Part shown: piece after piece, positions 28,501-38,585 of the stretch
Numbering within the stretch: position 1 is the first letter of the stretch
Layout: the number at the start of each line of letters is the position of its first letter
DNA from: Tubulanus polymorphus
Taxonomy: Eukaryota > Animalia > Nemertea
NCBI RefSeq assembly: GCF_964204645.1
Contig: NC_134029.1
Location: 248,001-312,000 of the forward strand
DNA length: 64,000 nt
Direction of reading: 5' to 3'
The notes under the pieces: generated by a model
Seen by the model: only the letters and a program-made list of their open reading frames with translations
Database searches by the model: none
Told to the model about the DNA's origin: nothing
Made by a program: the position numbers and the translations under genes

Positions 28501-29804
28501 CGATGAAATACAGCGAGAGAGAGATAGGTGGCGTCGGTGTAGCGCCTCGTCCCGATATAATAGAACCAGAAACTACGAGAATAGGAATGATGTCACCGGT
28601 ACACATGGAGGACGGGACAATAATTATAGAGAATGGGGAAATCCCGGGAATGGACGAACCTCCAGAACATTACGATTTAGAGAACGCCAGTAGTATCGCT
28701 CCGTCAGATATAGACGTCATCAAACACTATAAAAACTACCGTAAACATAAAAATACACCGCAATTCCCGTTACTTAGTCATCGCAATAGTCCGAACCTAT
28801 TAGTCGGAGCGACCAGGGAAAGTCCGGTTAGTTTAAACAGACACAGTCCGAGCGTTATTCTGTCGGAGAGTCCGGGTGTGTTAAAAATGCAGAGTACACC
28901 GATAACGCGACAGAGTCCGCTGAGTGTCGAGACTAGTCGTCCTAATTCACGACATAGTTCCTCTAATAGACAATCACCTATGAATCAAATAATCAATAAT
29001 AAACAGAGTCCTCGCAATGTCGGTGCTAGTCCTCGCAATGTCGGCGTTAGTCCGTTAACAATGTCGTACGGTATCCGAGAATCGCGTTCAAACTCAGAGC
29101 ATAGTTTACACAATCGACCGATGAGTAACGGTAGTCGTAGTTCACACGATACGCTCTCCGGGCAACGCTCGCGAACTCCTAATCGTATTCAAAATGGCGG
29201 CGCCGCCGGCAGTCGACCTAATAGTAAACTGAAACAGCCTATAAAAGGTTTAACCGTGGAGGATATCGAGAGATTAAACGCTAGACCGAGAGTAATGGCT
29301 GCTAGTCCGGTTAGTACGACCGACGATATCACCGAGGACGGACAACAACGTCCTCCTAAATATAACGATATATTTCAACCGAACTCATTGTTGCAACCTC
29401 CGGAGTCGAGTACCGACGAGGGTAGCAACGATTCATTCACGTGCTCCGAATTCGAATACGAAGATAACGCTAAAATGCGGCCGGACTCGGGTGTAATGAT
29501 ATTCCCGAAGTTACCGGAAGAGAATGAAGATAGTTGTCGAGAATCTGTTCGATCTAATCGATCTAATTTAACGAACTCGTACGAGGGAGATGAGTCGGCT
29601 CACGGCTCGTACAGCACATTCCTCGTATCGGATGATGAAATACCGAAAATACCCGGCAAACCGATTAACGGAGCTTTCAGTTGGGATTATTTATTAAATT
29701 GGGGGCCGAGTTTCGAGAAATTAGTCGGAGTTTTTACTGATATAGCGGAACTTCCCGATGATATTCCGCAAGCTCCTAAATCTAACGGAGAGGAATATGT
29801 TTAA
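2318..29804 (+). CDS. FAT4: Protocadherin Fat4 / Drosophila Fat orthologue, 17 coding exons, 4989 aa
   Basis: Exons 2318-7543, 10082-10280, 10939-11282, 11510-11711, 15457-15647, 15730-16645, 18720-18900, 19195-19445, 20153-20334, 21109-21741, 22051-26061, 26170-26273, 26540-26868, 27150-27379, 27472-27586, 27815-27961, 28096-29804. All introns are GT-AG and phase-compatible (sum 14970 nt). Signal peptide, many cadherin repeats (DxNDNxP, LDRE, AxDxD), EGF repeats, LamG, TM helix (GIIVAICFFILLLIGIIISVIIF), and Fat4-type cytoplasmic motifs PEHYDLENASSIAPSDID, SFTCSEFEY, WDYLLNWGP and C-terminal EEYV. Confidence 0.95.
8185..8361. repeat. Minisatellite, ~33-bp unit (cccccgcactgacccaggcatccaaaacctg), 5 copies
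   Basis: Visible tandem repeat in Fat4 intron 1. Confidence 0.9.
10295..10460. repeat. Minisatellite, ~31-bp unit (gccccaccatcagccccacagttccgtaata)
   Basis: Tandem repeat starting 14 nt after the donor at 10281. Confidence 0.88.
12273..12425. repeat. Minisatellite, 20-bp unit (ccctaccccataccgggtta)
   Basis: Visible tandem repeat. Confidence 0.9.
12950..13357. repeat. Degenerate tandem array ending in three 68-bp copies (13160, 13228, 13296); upstream units carry CTCF-like GAGCCCTCTASYG
   Basis: 68-bp periodicity is directly visible; upstream units share cagagccctcta...cactata. Confidence 0.8.
14135..14204 (-). mobile_element. tRNA-derived SINE head or tRNA pseudogene
   Basis: Minus strand AGCTCAGTGGTCTAGAGGTTAGGACAGTGGACTGACAAGTAAGAGACCCCGGTTCAAATCCCAGTTGGGA has an A box (TGGTCTAGAGG) and a B box (GGTTCAAATCC) at tRNA spacing, but the anticodon stem does not pair. 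Confidence 0.65.
14531..15239. repeat. Near-perfect purine-rich 22-bp minisatellite (gagagaggagagagtgtttgaa), ~32 copies
   Basis: Directly visible; source of spurious ORF 14457-15278. Confidence 0.97.
20364..20960. repeat. C-rich ~23-bp minisatellite (cagcctggaacctgcctcccccttc)
   Basis: Tandem repeat starting ~30 nt after the donor at 20335. Confidence 0.93.
22051..26061 (+). CDS. FAT4: Fat4 second giant exon (4011 nt; last cadherin repeats, EGF repeats, start of LamG)
   Basis: Acceptor TTACAG|GGT at 22051, donor AAG|GTAAGA at 26061; ORF 22096-26103. Confidence 0.94.
26886..27073. repeat. Minisatellite, ~48-bp unit (gggatgcatcaaggggtcccattgaggggttccattgaggttaccaccca)
   Basis: Tandem repeat starting 17 nt after the donor at 26869. 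Confidence 0.88.
28096..29804 (+). CDS. FAT4: Fat4 last exon: end of LamG, TM helix and intracellular domain ending EEYV
   Basis: Acceptor TGTAG|GT at 28096; ORF 27966-29804; conserved Fat intracellular motifs. Confidence 0.94.
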
Positions 29805-30631
29805 ATAGTTAGTCAGGGATTAATCGCGACTAAATCATTAAACCGGTCTTAAGTTGTTAGATTAACGACACCGAGATAAGCTGAGACCGGTATTAAATCT
29901 AAACTCGGTCGGTAAGTTCTGTTAGTTTTTTATGATAAGCTGTTTTTATATTCGATGATGTTGATGTTTTTTATACGAATGAAGAAAAAAAGTGAAGAGC
30001 ATTTTTTATTGTTTGCTGAAATTGTAAATATCTTTTTGAAAGACATGAAACAAAAACTTGAGAATCTCAGAAAAATAGCGAGACATAATAGAATAGAGAA
30101 ATCTCAATTGAGGACTGGTTTTTTTTTAGATCGGGTCTTTTTTTACGGCCAGTTTACGGTTATATTTGGAATGAATATTTCTCATAAACATTCCATCCAT
30201 TTTTATGACTCGTCTGAAGTTCAGGTACTGATGCATTCCAGTTTATGTTTGTTGCGTCCAATGATTTCCTCACTTCCCAGGGCCGAATAAAGCTGAGGGA
30301 TTTGAATTGATATTTTGTTCATGGTTAGCGTGATTTTGATATGGAATATGTACATGTTAATGTATATATGGAGCCAGTTTGAGCTTATTTAAAACAGAAT
30401 TATTTTCTAGATATAAATGAATATTTTAAGGAACCATTTCTAAGGAGAATTGAAATGTGCTGAATGATCAGATTGCGACAGTATTCCATTACTGAAGGTC
30501 AGGGTTGTTTATAACTACTGAAATATGACCCTCATTAATCTATAGTAGAACAATGCAGTTCTTAATAAAATAAATTGAATTTATTTATTGTTTGTGAAGG
30601 ATTGAAAAATTACAGGCCCTGCTTAAACTGG

Positions 30632-30850
30632 GAACTTGGAACTGGGTTTTGAATCATGGAACTGGGTTCTGAACCATGGAACTGGGTTTAGAACTGTTGA
30701 ACTGGGTTCTGAACCATGGAACTGGGTTTAGAACTGTTGAACTGGGTTCTGAACCATGGAACTGGGTTTAGAACTGTTGAACTGGGTTCTGAACCATGGA
30801 ACTGGGTTCTGAACCATGGAACTGGGTTTAGAACTGTTAAACTGGTTTCT
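30632..30850. repeat. 20/40-bp minisatellite (ggaactgggttctgaaccat) resembling the terminus of the local MITE family
   Basis: Visible tandem repeat in the Fat4 3' region. Confidence 0.88.
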
Positions 30851-31645
30851 GCAATTCGATTAACTATATTTGTAGTCAGAAAATCGGTCCATTTTGTACA
30901 AGTGTTTTTATATACTTTTGTTTTATAAATGGCTTAAAAAAAGTCTGGAAACTTGAAAGTTGAAGATACAGGGTAATAATTTATACACTGAGTAGGAATA
31001 GATGTGTAGTTTATTCTTTGTACTTAATTCCTTCCATCTATTTACTGTCACTAATCAGATTGTTTACTGTAATTAATCAAATTGTTTACTGTAACTAATT
31101 AGATTATTTACTGTGACTACTGTAATCAATCAGATATTTTCTGTCCATATATTTATATATTTTGCTACTCTGTATATTAGATAATCTACTTAGTATAAAA
31201 ACTTGAACATTCCGAATCATTTTTTACTCTCCAAGAATGAAGTGTTTGGGTAATTACGAGTAATCAGTAAAATTCGTCCTATGTCACGTTTTTAAGACAT
31301 GCTGTTTACCGATATTTCTGTCCATTCATAGAAGCAATCATGTGTAAATAGATGTTTAAAAATGGGAATAAACTATATATAATTAAGAAAGATATTTATA
31401 TAAATTATGTTGGTTGATTATGATGTAAAATGTGTATTGGAATTTGCTGCAATAACATGAAAATAAATTTCTATCGATACAAAAATACAATTTCTTCTTT
31501 ACATTTTATTTCAATCAGAGGAGTAGAAAAGACAATAACAAAGAAAAGGAGGTTTTATTGAGGATTCAGCGTCGGTGTACTGCCAACATACAATGTGCCT
31601 TGTTGGTAAATAGGATTATTGGAGTAGACTGGTCGACGTCGACTT

Positions 31646-31954
31646 GGATAGGCAACCAGTCTATTGAGAACTTGGTGGCAGCAGCATACGGTCCCCTAGC
31701 GGAATTTCTGTGAACTAATCTTATAACGCGGGCTGATATACTCACAATGACCATATGAACACTTTTAGAATTCGGATACACAACCAATTCCACTCTAAAA
31801 TAATCAATATAGTCGGCAGCAAAGCAGGTTACCAGTAAACAAGGGTTTTCAACTACCCGGTACACTTGCTTACTTCATAGAAATTCCGCTTGGTGACCGT
31901 ATGGTGCTGCCACCAGGTTGGTGCTTCGATGATTGGTAGACTGGTTGCCTGTCC
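31646..31954. mobile_element. Degenerate inverted-repeat (MITE-like) element with ~75-bp imperfect arms
   Basis: Left arm ggataggcaaccagtcta..ttggtggcagcagcatacggtccc-ctagcggaatttctgtgaact is the reverse complement of right arm ..cttcatagaaattccgcttggtgaccgtatggtgctgccacc..tagactggttgcctgtcc. Confidence 0.75.
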
Positions 31955-32189
31955 GATTCAATATGAATAGCATCTTCACCCGTCAAGGGATTCGAACCCA
32001 CTACGCTAAAGCTGTTCGCTGGTGGAAGCGAGTTCGGCAGTGATACCTGACCCCTGGCAAGCGAGGATGTATGAATAGTTGATTCTAATTGAAGATAGAG
32101 ACCGGTAACCAGTCAACGATGATTGGTCGACTTAGCCCATTGACATATCTCGCGTAATTGAAGATAACTTGATTCACGATCCATCGCGT

Positions 32190-35100
32190 GTTCTGGATTC
32201 TGAAACCTGGGATGTCCAATCTAGTCAGCATTCAGAATAACTCAGAATCAGTATCAGTTATTCCTCGAACCTGGAACACCCCTGTAATCCCTCTATTCAG
32301 CATCGGAATCACTCTGAATCAGTATCAGTAATTACTGGGTTCAAACCCGAGACACCCCTGTACATCCTCTATTCAGCAGTAATTACTGGGTTTGAACCTG
32401 GGAACCCTTAAACTGGCTACTGGTTCAGAGTGATCCTGATGCTGAATAGATGATGTACAGGGGTGTCCAGGGTTCGAACCCAGTAATTACTGATACTGAT
32501 TCAGAGTTGTCCTGATGCTGAATAGAGGATGTACAGGGTGTCCAGGGTTTGAACCCAGTAATAACTGACACTTATTCAGAGTGGTCCTGAGGATGTACAG
32601 GGGTGACCGGACCGTACGGTGCTGCCGCTATGCTCATCGTTAGCGGGGTTTTCATACACTAACTAAAGTCAACTCTGGCAATCGACGTGCTGTCCAGTTA
32701 TACTTCGTAATCCTAGCTTGCCAGAGTTGACTAACGTTAGTGTATGAAAATCCCACTAACGATGAGCATAGAGGCAGCAACGTACGGTAAAATGTTGATA
32801 TTCTAACGAAGGTAATTACTGATTGGTCAGAGTGGTCCTGATGCTGAATAGAGGATGTACAGGGGTGTCCCAGGTTCGAACCCAGTAATTACTGATACTG
32901 ATTAAGAGTGGTCCTGATGCTGGATAGAGGATGTAAGATGGGTGTTCCGGGTTCAGACCCAGTAATTACTGATACTGATTCAGAGTGGTCCTGATACTAA
33001 ATAGAGGAAGTACCGGGGTGTTCCGGGTTCGAGAACCAGTAATTACTGATACTGATTCAGAGTGGTCCTGATACTAAATAGAGGATGTACAGGGGTGTTC
33101 CGGGTTCAGACCCAGTAATTACTGATACTGATTCAGAGTGGTCCTGATACTAAATAGAGGATGTACAGGGGTGTTCCGGGTTCAGACCCAGTAATTACTG
33201 ATACTGATTCAGAGTGGTCCTGATGCTGAATAAAGGAAGTACCGGGGTGTTCCGGGTTCGAGAACCAGTAATTACTGATAGTGATTCAGAGTGGTCCTGA
33301 TGCTGAATAAGAGGATGTACAGGGTGTTCCGGGTTCAGGGGTGTCCTGGGTTCGAGAACCAGTAATTACTGATACTGATTCAGAGTGGTCCTGATGCTGA
33401 ATAAAGGAAGTACCGGGGTGTTCCGGGTTCGAGAACCAGTAATTACTGATACTGATTCAGAGTGGTCCTGATACTAAATAGAGGATGTACAGGGGTGTTC
33501 CGGGTTCAGACCCAGTAATTACTGATACTGATTCAGAGTGGTCCTGATACTAAATAGAGGATGTACAGGGGTGTTCCGGGTTCAGACCCAGTAATTACTG
33601 ACACTGAATCAGTGTAGTCCTGATGCTGAATAGAGGATGTAGGGGTGTCTCGGGTTCGAACCCAGTAATTACTGATACTGATTCAGAGTGGTCCTGATGC
33701 TGAATAAGAGGATGTACAGGGGTGTCCAGACCGTACGGTGCTGCCGCTATGCTCATCGTTAGCGGGGTTTTCATACACTAACTTAAGTCAACTCTGGCAA
33801 TCGACGTGCTGTCCAGTTATACTCCGTAACCCTAGCTTGCCACAGTTGACTAACGTTAGTGTATGAAAATCCCGCTAACGATGAGCATAAAGGCAGCACC
33901 GTACGGTAAAATATTGATATCCTAACAAACGTAATTACTGATACTGATTCAGATAGATCCTAATACTGAATAGAGGATGTACAGGGGTGTCCCAGGTTCG
34001 GACCCAGTAATTACTGATACTGATTAAGAGTGGTCCAATAGTTACTGATACTGATTCAGAGTGTTCCTGATGCTGAATAGAGGAAGTACCGGAGTGTTCC
34101 GGGTTCGAGAACCAGTAATTACTGATATTGGTTCAGTGGTCCTGATGCTGAATAAGATGATGTACAGGGGTGTTCCGGGTTCGAGAACCAGTAATTACTG
34201 ATACTGATTCAGAGTGGTCCTGATGCTGAATAAAGGAAGTACCGGGTTGTCCCGGGTTCGAGAACGAGTAATTACTGATAACTGATTCAGAGTGGCCCTG
34301 ATGCTGAATAAAGGAAGTACCGGGGTGTCCCGGGTTCGAGAACCAGTAATTACTGTTAGTGATTCAGAGTGGTCCTGATGCTGAATAAGAGGATGTACCA
34401 GGGTGTTCCGGGTTCGAGAACCAGTAATTACTGATACTGATTCAGAGTGGTCCTGATGCTGAATAAAGGAAGTACCGGGGTGTTCCGGGTTCGAGAACCA
34501 GTAATTACTGATACTGATTCAGAGTGGTCCTGATGCTGAATAAGAGGATGTACAGGGTGTCCAGACCGTACGGTGCTGCCGCTATGCTGATCGTTAGCGG
34601 GGTTTTCAAACACTAACTAAAGTCAACTCTGGCAATTGACGTGCTGTCCAGTTATAGTTCGTAATCCTAGCTTGCCAGAGTTGACTAACGTTAGTGTATG
34701 AAAATCCCACCAACGATGAGCATAGAGGCAGCACCGTACGGTAAAATGTTAATATCTTAACAAAAGTAATTACTGATTGGTTAGAGTGGTCCTGATGCTG
34801 AATAGATGATATACAGGGGTGTCCCAGGTTCGAACCCAGTAATGACTGATACTGATTAAGAGTGGTCCTGATGCTGGATAGAGGATGTACAGGTTGTCCC
34901 GGGTTCGAGAACCAGTAATTACTGATACTGATTCAGAGTGGTCCAATAGTTACTTATACTGATCCAGAGTGTTCCTGATTCTGAATAGAGGATGTACAGG
35001 TTGTCCCGGGTTCGAGAACCAGTAATTACTGATACTGATTCAGAGTGGTCCAATAGTTACTGATACTGATTCAGAGTGGTCCTGATGCTGAATAAGATGA

Positions 35101-37656
35101 TGTACCGGGGTGTTCCGGGTTCGAGAACCAGTAATTACTGATACTGATTCAGAATGATCCTGATGCTGAATAAGGGATGTACAGGGTTGTCCCGGGTTCG
35201 AGAACCAGTAATTACTGATACTGATTCAGAGTGGTCCTGATGCTGAATAAGGGATGTACAGGGGTGTCCAGACCGTACGGTGCTGCCGCTATGCTCATCG
35301 TTAGCGGGGTTTTCATACACTAACTAAAGTCAACTCTGGCAATCGACGTGCTGTCCAGTTATACTTCGTAACCCTAGCTTGCCGGAGTTGACTAACGTTA
35401 GTGTATGAATATCCCGCTACCGATGAGCATAGAGGCAGCACCGTACGGTAAAATGTTGATATCTTAACAAAAGTAATTACTGATTGGTTAGAGTGGTCCT
35501 GATGCTGTATAGATGATATACAGGGGTGTCCCGGGTTCGAACCCAGTAATTACTGATACTGATTCAGAGTGGTCCTGATGCTGAATAGAGGATGTACAGG
35601 GGTGTCCCGGGTTCGAGAACCAGTAATTACTGATACTGATTCAGAGTGGTCCTGATGCTGAATAGAGGATGTACAGGGGTGTTTTCCGGGTTCGAGAACC
35701 AGTAATTACTAATACTGATTTAGAGTGGTCGATGCTGAATAGAGGATGTACAGGGGTGTCCCGGGTTCGACAACCAGTAATTACTGATACTGATTCAGAG
35801 CGGTCCTGATGCTGAATAGAGGAAGTACCTGGGTGTGTCCCGGGTTCGAGAACCAGTAATTAGTGATATTGGTTCAGTGGTCCTGATGCTGAATAGAGGA
35901 TGTTCAGGGGTGTCCAGACCGTACGGTGCTGCCGCTATGCTCATCGTTAGCGGGGTTTTCATACACTAACTAAAGTCAACTCTGGCAATCGACGTGCTGT
36001 CCGGTTATACTTCGTAATCCTAGCTTGCCAGAGTTGACTAACGTTAGTGTATGAAAATCCCACTACCGATGAGCATAGAGGCAGCACCGTACGGTAAAAT
36101 GTTGATATCTTAACAAAAGTAATTACTGATTGGTTAGAGTGGTCCTGATGCTGAATAGATGATATACAGGGGGTGTCCCGGGTTCGAACCCAGTAATTAC
36201 TGATACTGATTAAGAGTGGTCCTGATGCTGAATAGAGGAAGTACCGGGGTGTCCCGGGTTCGAGAACCAGTAATTACTGATACTGATTAAGAGTGGTCCT
36301 GATGCTGAATAGAGGATGTACAGGGGTGTCCAGACCGTACGGTGCTGCCGCTATGCTCATCGTTAGCGGGGTTTTCATACACTAACTAAAGTCAACTCTG
36401 GCAATCGACGTGCTGTCCAGTTATACTTCGTAACCCTAGCTTGCCGGAGTTGACTAACGTTAGTTTATGAAAATCCCACTAACGATGAGCATAGAGGCAG
36501 CACCGTACGGTAAAATATTGATATCTTAACAAAAGTAATTACTGATTGGTTAGAGTGGTCCTGATGCTGAATAGATGATATACAGGGGTGTCCCGGGTTC
36601 GATCCAAGTAATTACTGATACTGATTCAGAGTGGTCCTGATGCTGAAGAGAGGATGTACAGGGGTGTTTTCCGGGTTCGAGAACCAGTAATTACTGATAC
36701 TGATTCAGAGTGGTCCAATAGTTACTGATACTGATTCAGAGTGTTCCTGATGCTGAATAGAGGAAGTACCGGGTTGTCCCGGGTTCGAGAACCAGTAATT
36801 ACTGATACTGATTCAGAATGATCCTGATGCTGAATAGAGGATGTACAGGGGTGTCCCGGGTTCGAACCCAGTAATTACTGATACTGATTCAGAGTGGTCC
36901 TGATGCTGAATAAGATGATGTACAGGGGTGTCCCGGGTTCGACAACCAGTAATTACTGATACTGATTCAGAGTGGTCCTGAAGCTGAATAGAGGAAGTAC
37001 CGGAGTGTTCCGGGTCCGAGAACCAGTAATTACTGATATTGGTTCTGTGGTCCTGATGCTGAATAAGATGATGTACAGGGGTGTCCAGACCGTACGGTGC
37101 TGCCGCTATGCTCATCGTTAGCGGGGTTTTCATACACTAACTAAAGTCAACTCTGGCAATCGACGTGCTGTCCAGTTATACTTCGTAACCCTCGCTTGCC
37201 GGAGTTGACTAACGTTAGTTTATGAAAATCCCACTAACGATGAGCATAGAGGCAGCACCGTACGGTAAAATATTGATATCTTAAAAGTAATTACTGATTG
37301 GTTAGAGTGGCCCTGATGCTGAATAGATGATATACAGGGGTGTCCCGGGTTCGATCCCAGTAATTACTGATACTGATTCAGAGTGGTCCTGATGCTGAAT
37401 AGAGGATGTACAGGGGTGTTTTCCGGGTTCGAGAACCAGTAATTACTGATACTGATTCAGAGTGGTCCTGATGCTGAATAGAGGAAGTACCTGGGTGTCC
37501 CGGGTTCGAGAACCAGTAATTACTGATCCTAATTCAGAGTGGTCCTGATGCTGAATAGAGGAAGTACCGGGTTCGAGAACCAGTAATTACTGATACTGAT
37601 TCAGAATGATCCTGATGCTAAACAGAGGATGTGTAGGGGTGTGTCCTGGGTTCAAA
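32190..37656. repeat. Composite satellite: ~77-bp tRNA-like monomers interleaved with seven 178-bp hairpin cassettes; leftmost ~220 bp inverted
   Basis: Monomer gggttcgagaaccagtaattactgatactgattcagagtggtcctgatgctgaatagaggatgtacaggggtgtccc. Hairpins at 32611-32788, 33730-33907, 34565-34742, 35272-35449, 35918-36095, 36334-36511 and 37089-37266. Confidence 0.95.
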
Positions 37657-38585
37657 CTTTTTGTGTTACTTTTTTTTCCTTCCTTGGTGTCACAGCATTT
37701 ACATGTCTTCGAGGTTTTTGTTCTAAAATCATCTATAATATTATGTATCATAAATTATATTTAATTGAATCGACCTTATCGAGCGTACTCTGGCATGCGA
37801 GCAGTATTAAATTCAATTCCAATTTACTCTGTATTTGTCAAAGATTATGACAGATAATGTCATCATCAAATTTGGTTTCTGTGTCAATTCCTTTCAATCG
37901 TTTTCTAAAATGGAGTATTCCACATCAGGTTCCAAGAAAATGCTGTTTTTTCTGTCGCCTACACCCAGCCTAAAGAATCACCTCGAAATCAGAAACAAAG
38001 CAAAAACGACAAAAATAGAAAATGCATCAATCATTTATTTGAAACATCGATGGGTTTAAAGCACAAATAAAATTGCCAGGGGTTACAGTAGCTCAAAGGT
38101 TGGTTCAACATGTCGTATGGATAAATACCATAGTGACAATATGGAATTTTTAATTGTAACCATATCAACTAACTTTCCTTCGACCAACTTTTGAGCAACT
38201 CGTCCCACTATTTCACAATCACAAATATTCCCTTCACAATTTGTACCAGAAGCAACTGCTTAATTTGTATCTCTCGGGAAGATGAAGGAAATTCATCCAG
38301 TTTATCAGAATCTAACTAACATTCACGCTGCACTGTAGATTGAACCTGATTCACCAGATCTGAATTCAACGGATTCTTCAACCGCTTTTACATAATACAA
38401 AATAAAACTTTGAAGTACAACAAAGTGAAATGCATTTATCTAAAGTATTAAGTTTAAGCACGCGTACCTGGGGCAAGGATAGGAAAATTAGAATCATTTC
38501 AATAATCAGAGTCACTCGATCAGTGAGTCTGAGGCACGTTATAGTTCGACACAATTACGAGTCTACCATAGTTTGAAGTAAACAT

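Noticed and set aside
32190-37656. CRISPR array, or coding potential of the ORFs at 34428, 35135 and 36813
   Set aside because: There are no unique spacers (intervening sequence is itself repeated), no cas genes, and the context is eukaryotic; the ORFs are translations of the repeat.
32420-37656. Satellite monomers as hammerhead ribozymes or functional tRNAs
   Set aside because: The core reads CUGAUGC rather than CUGANGA, with no matching GAAA; no acceptor or anticodon stems can be formed by eye.
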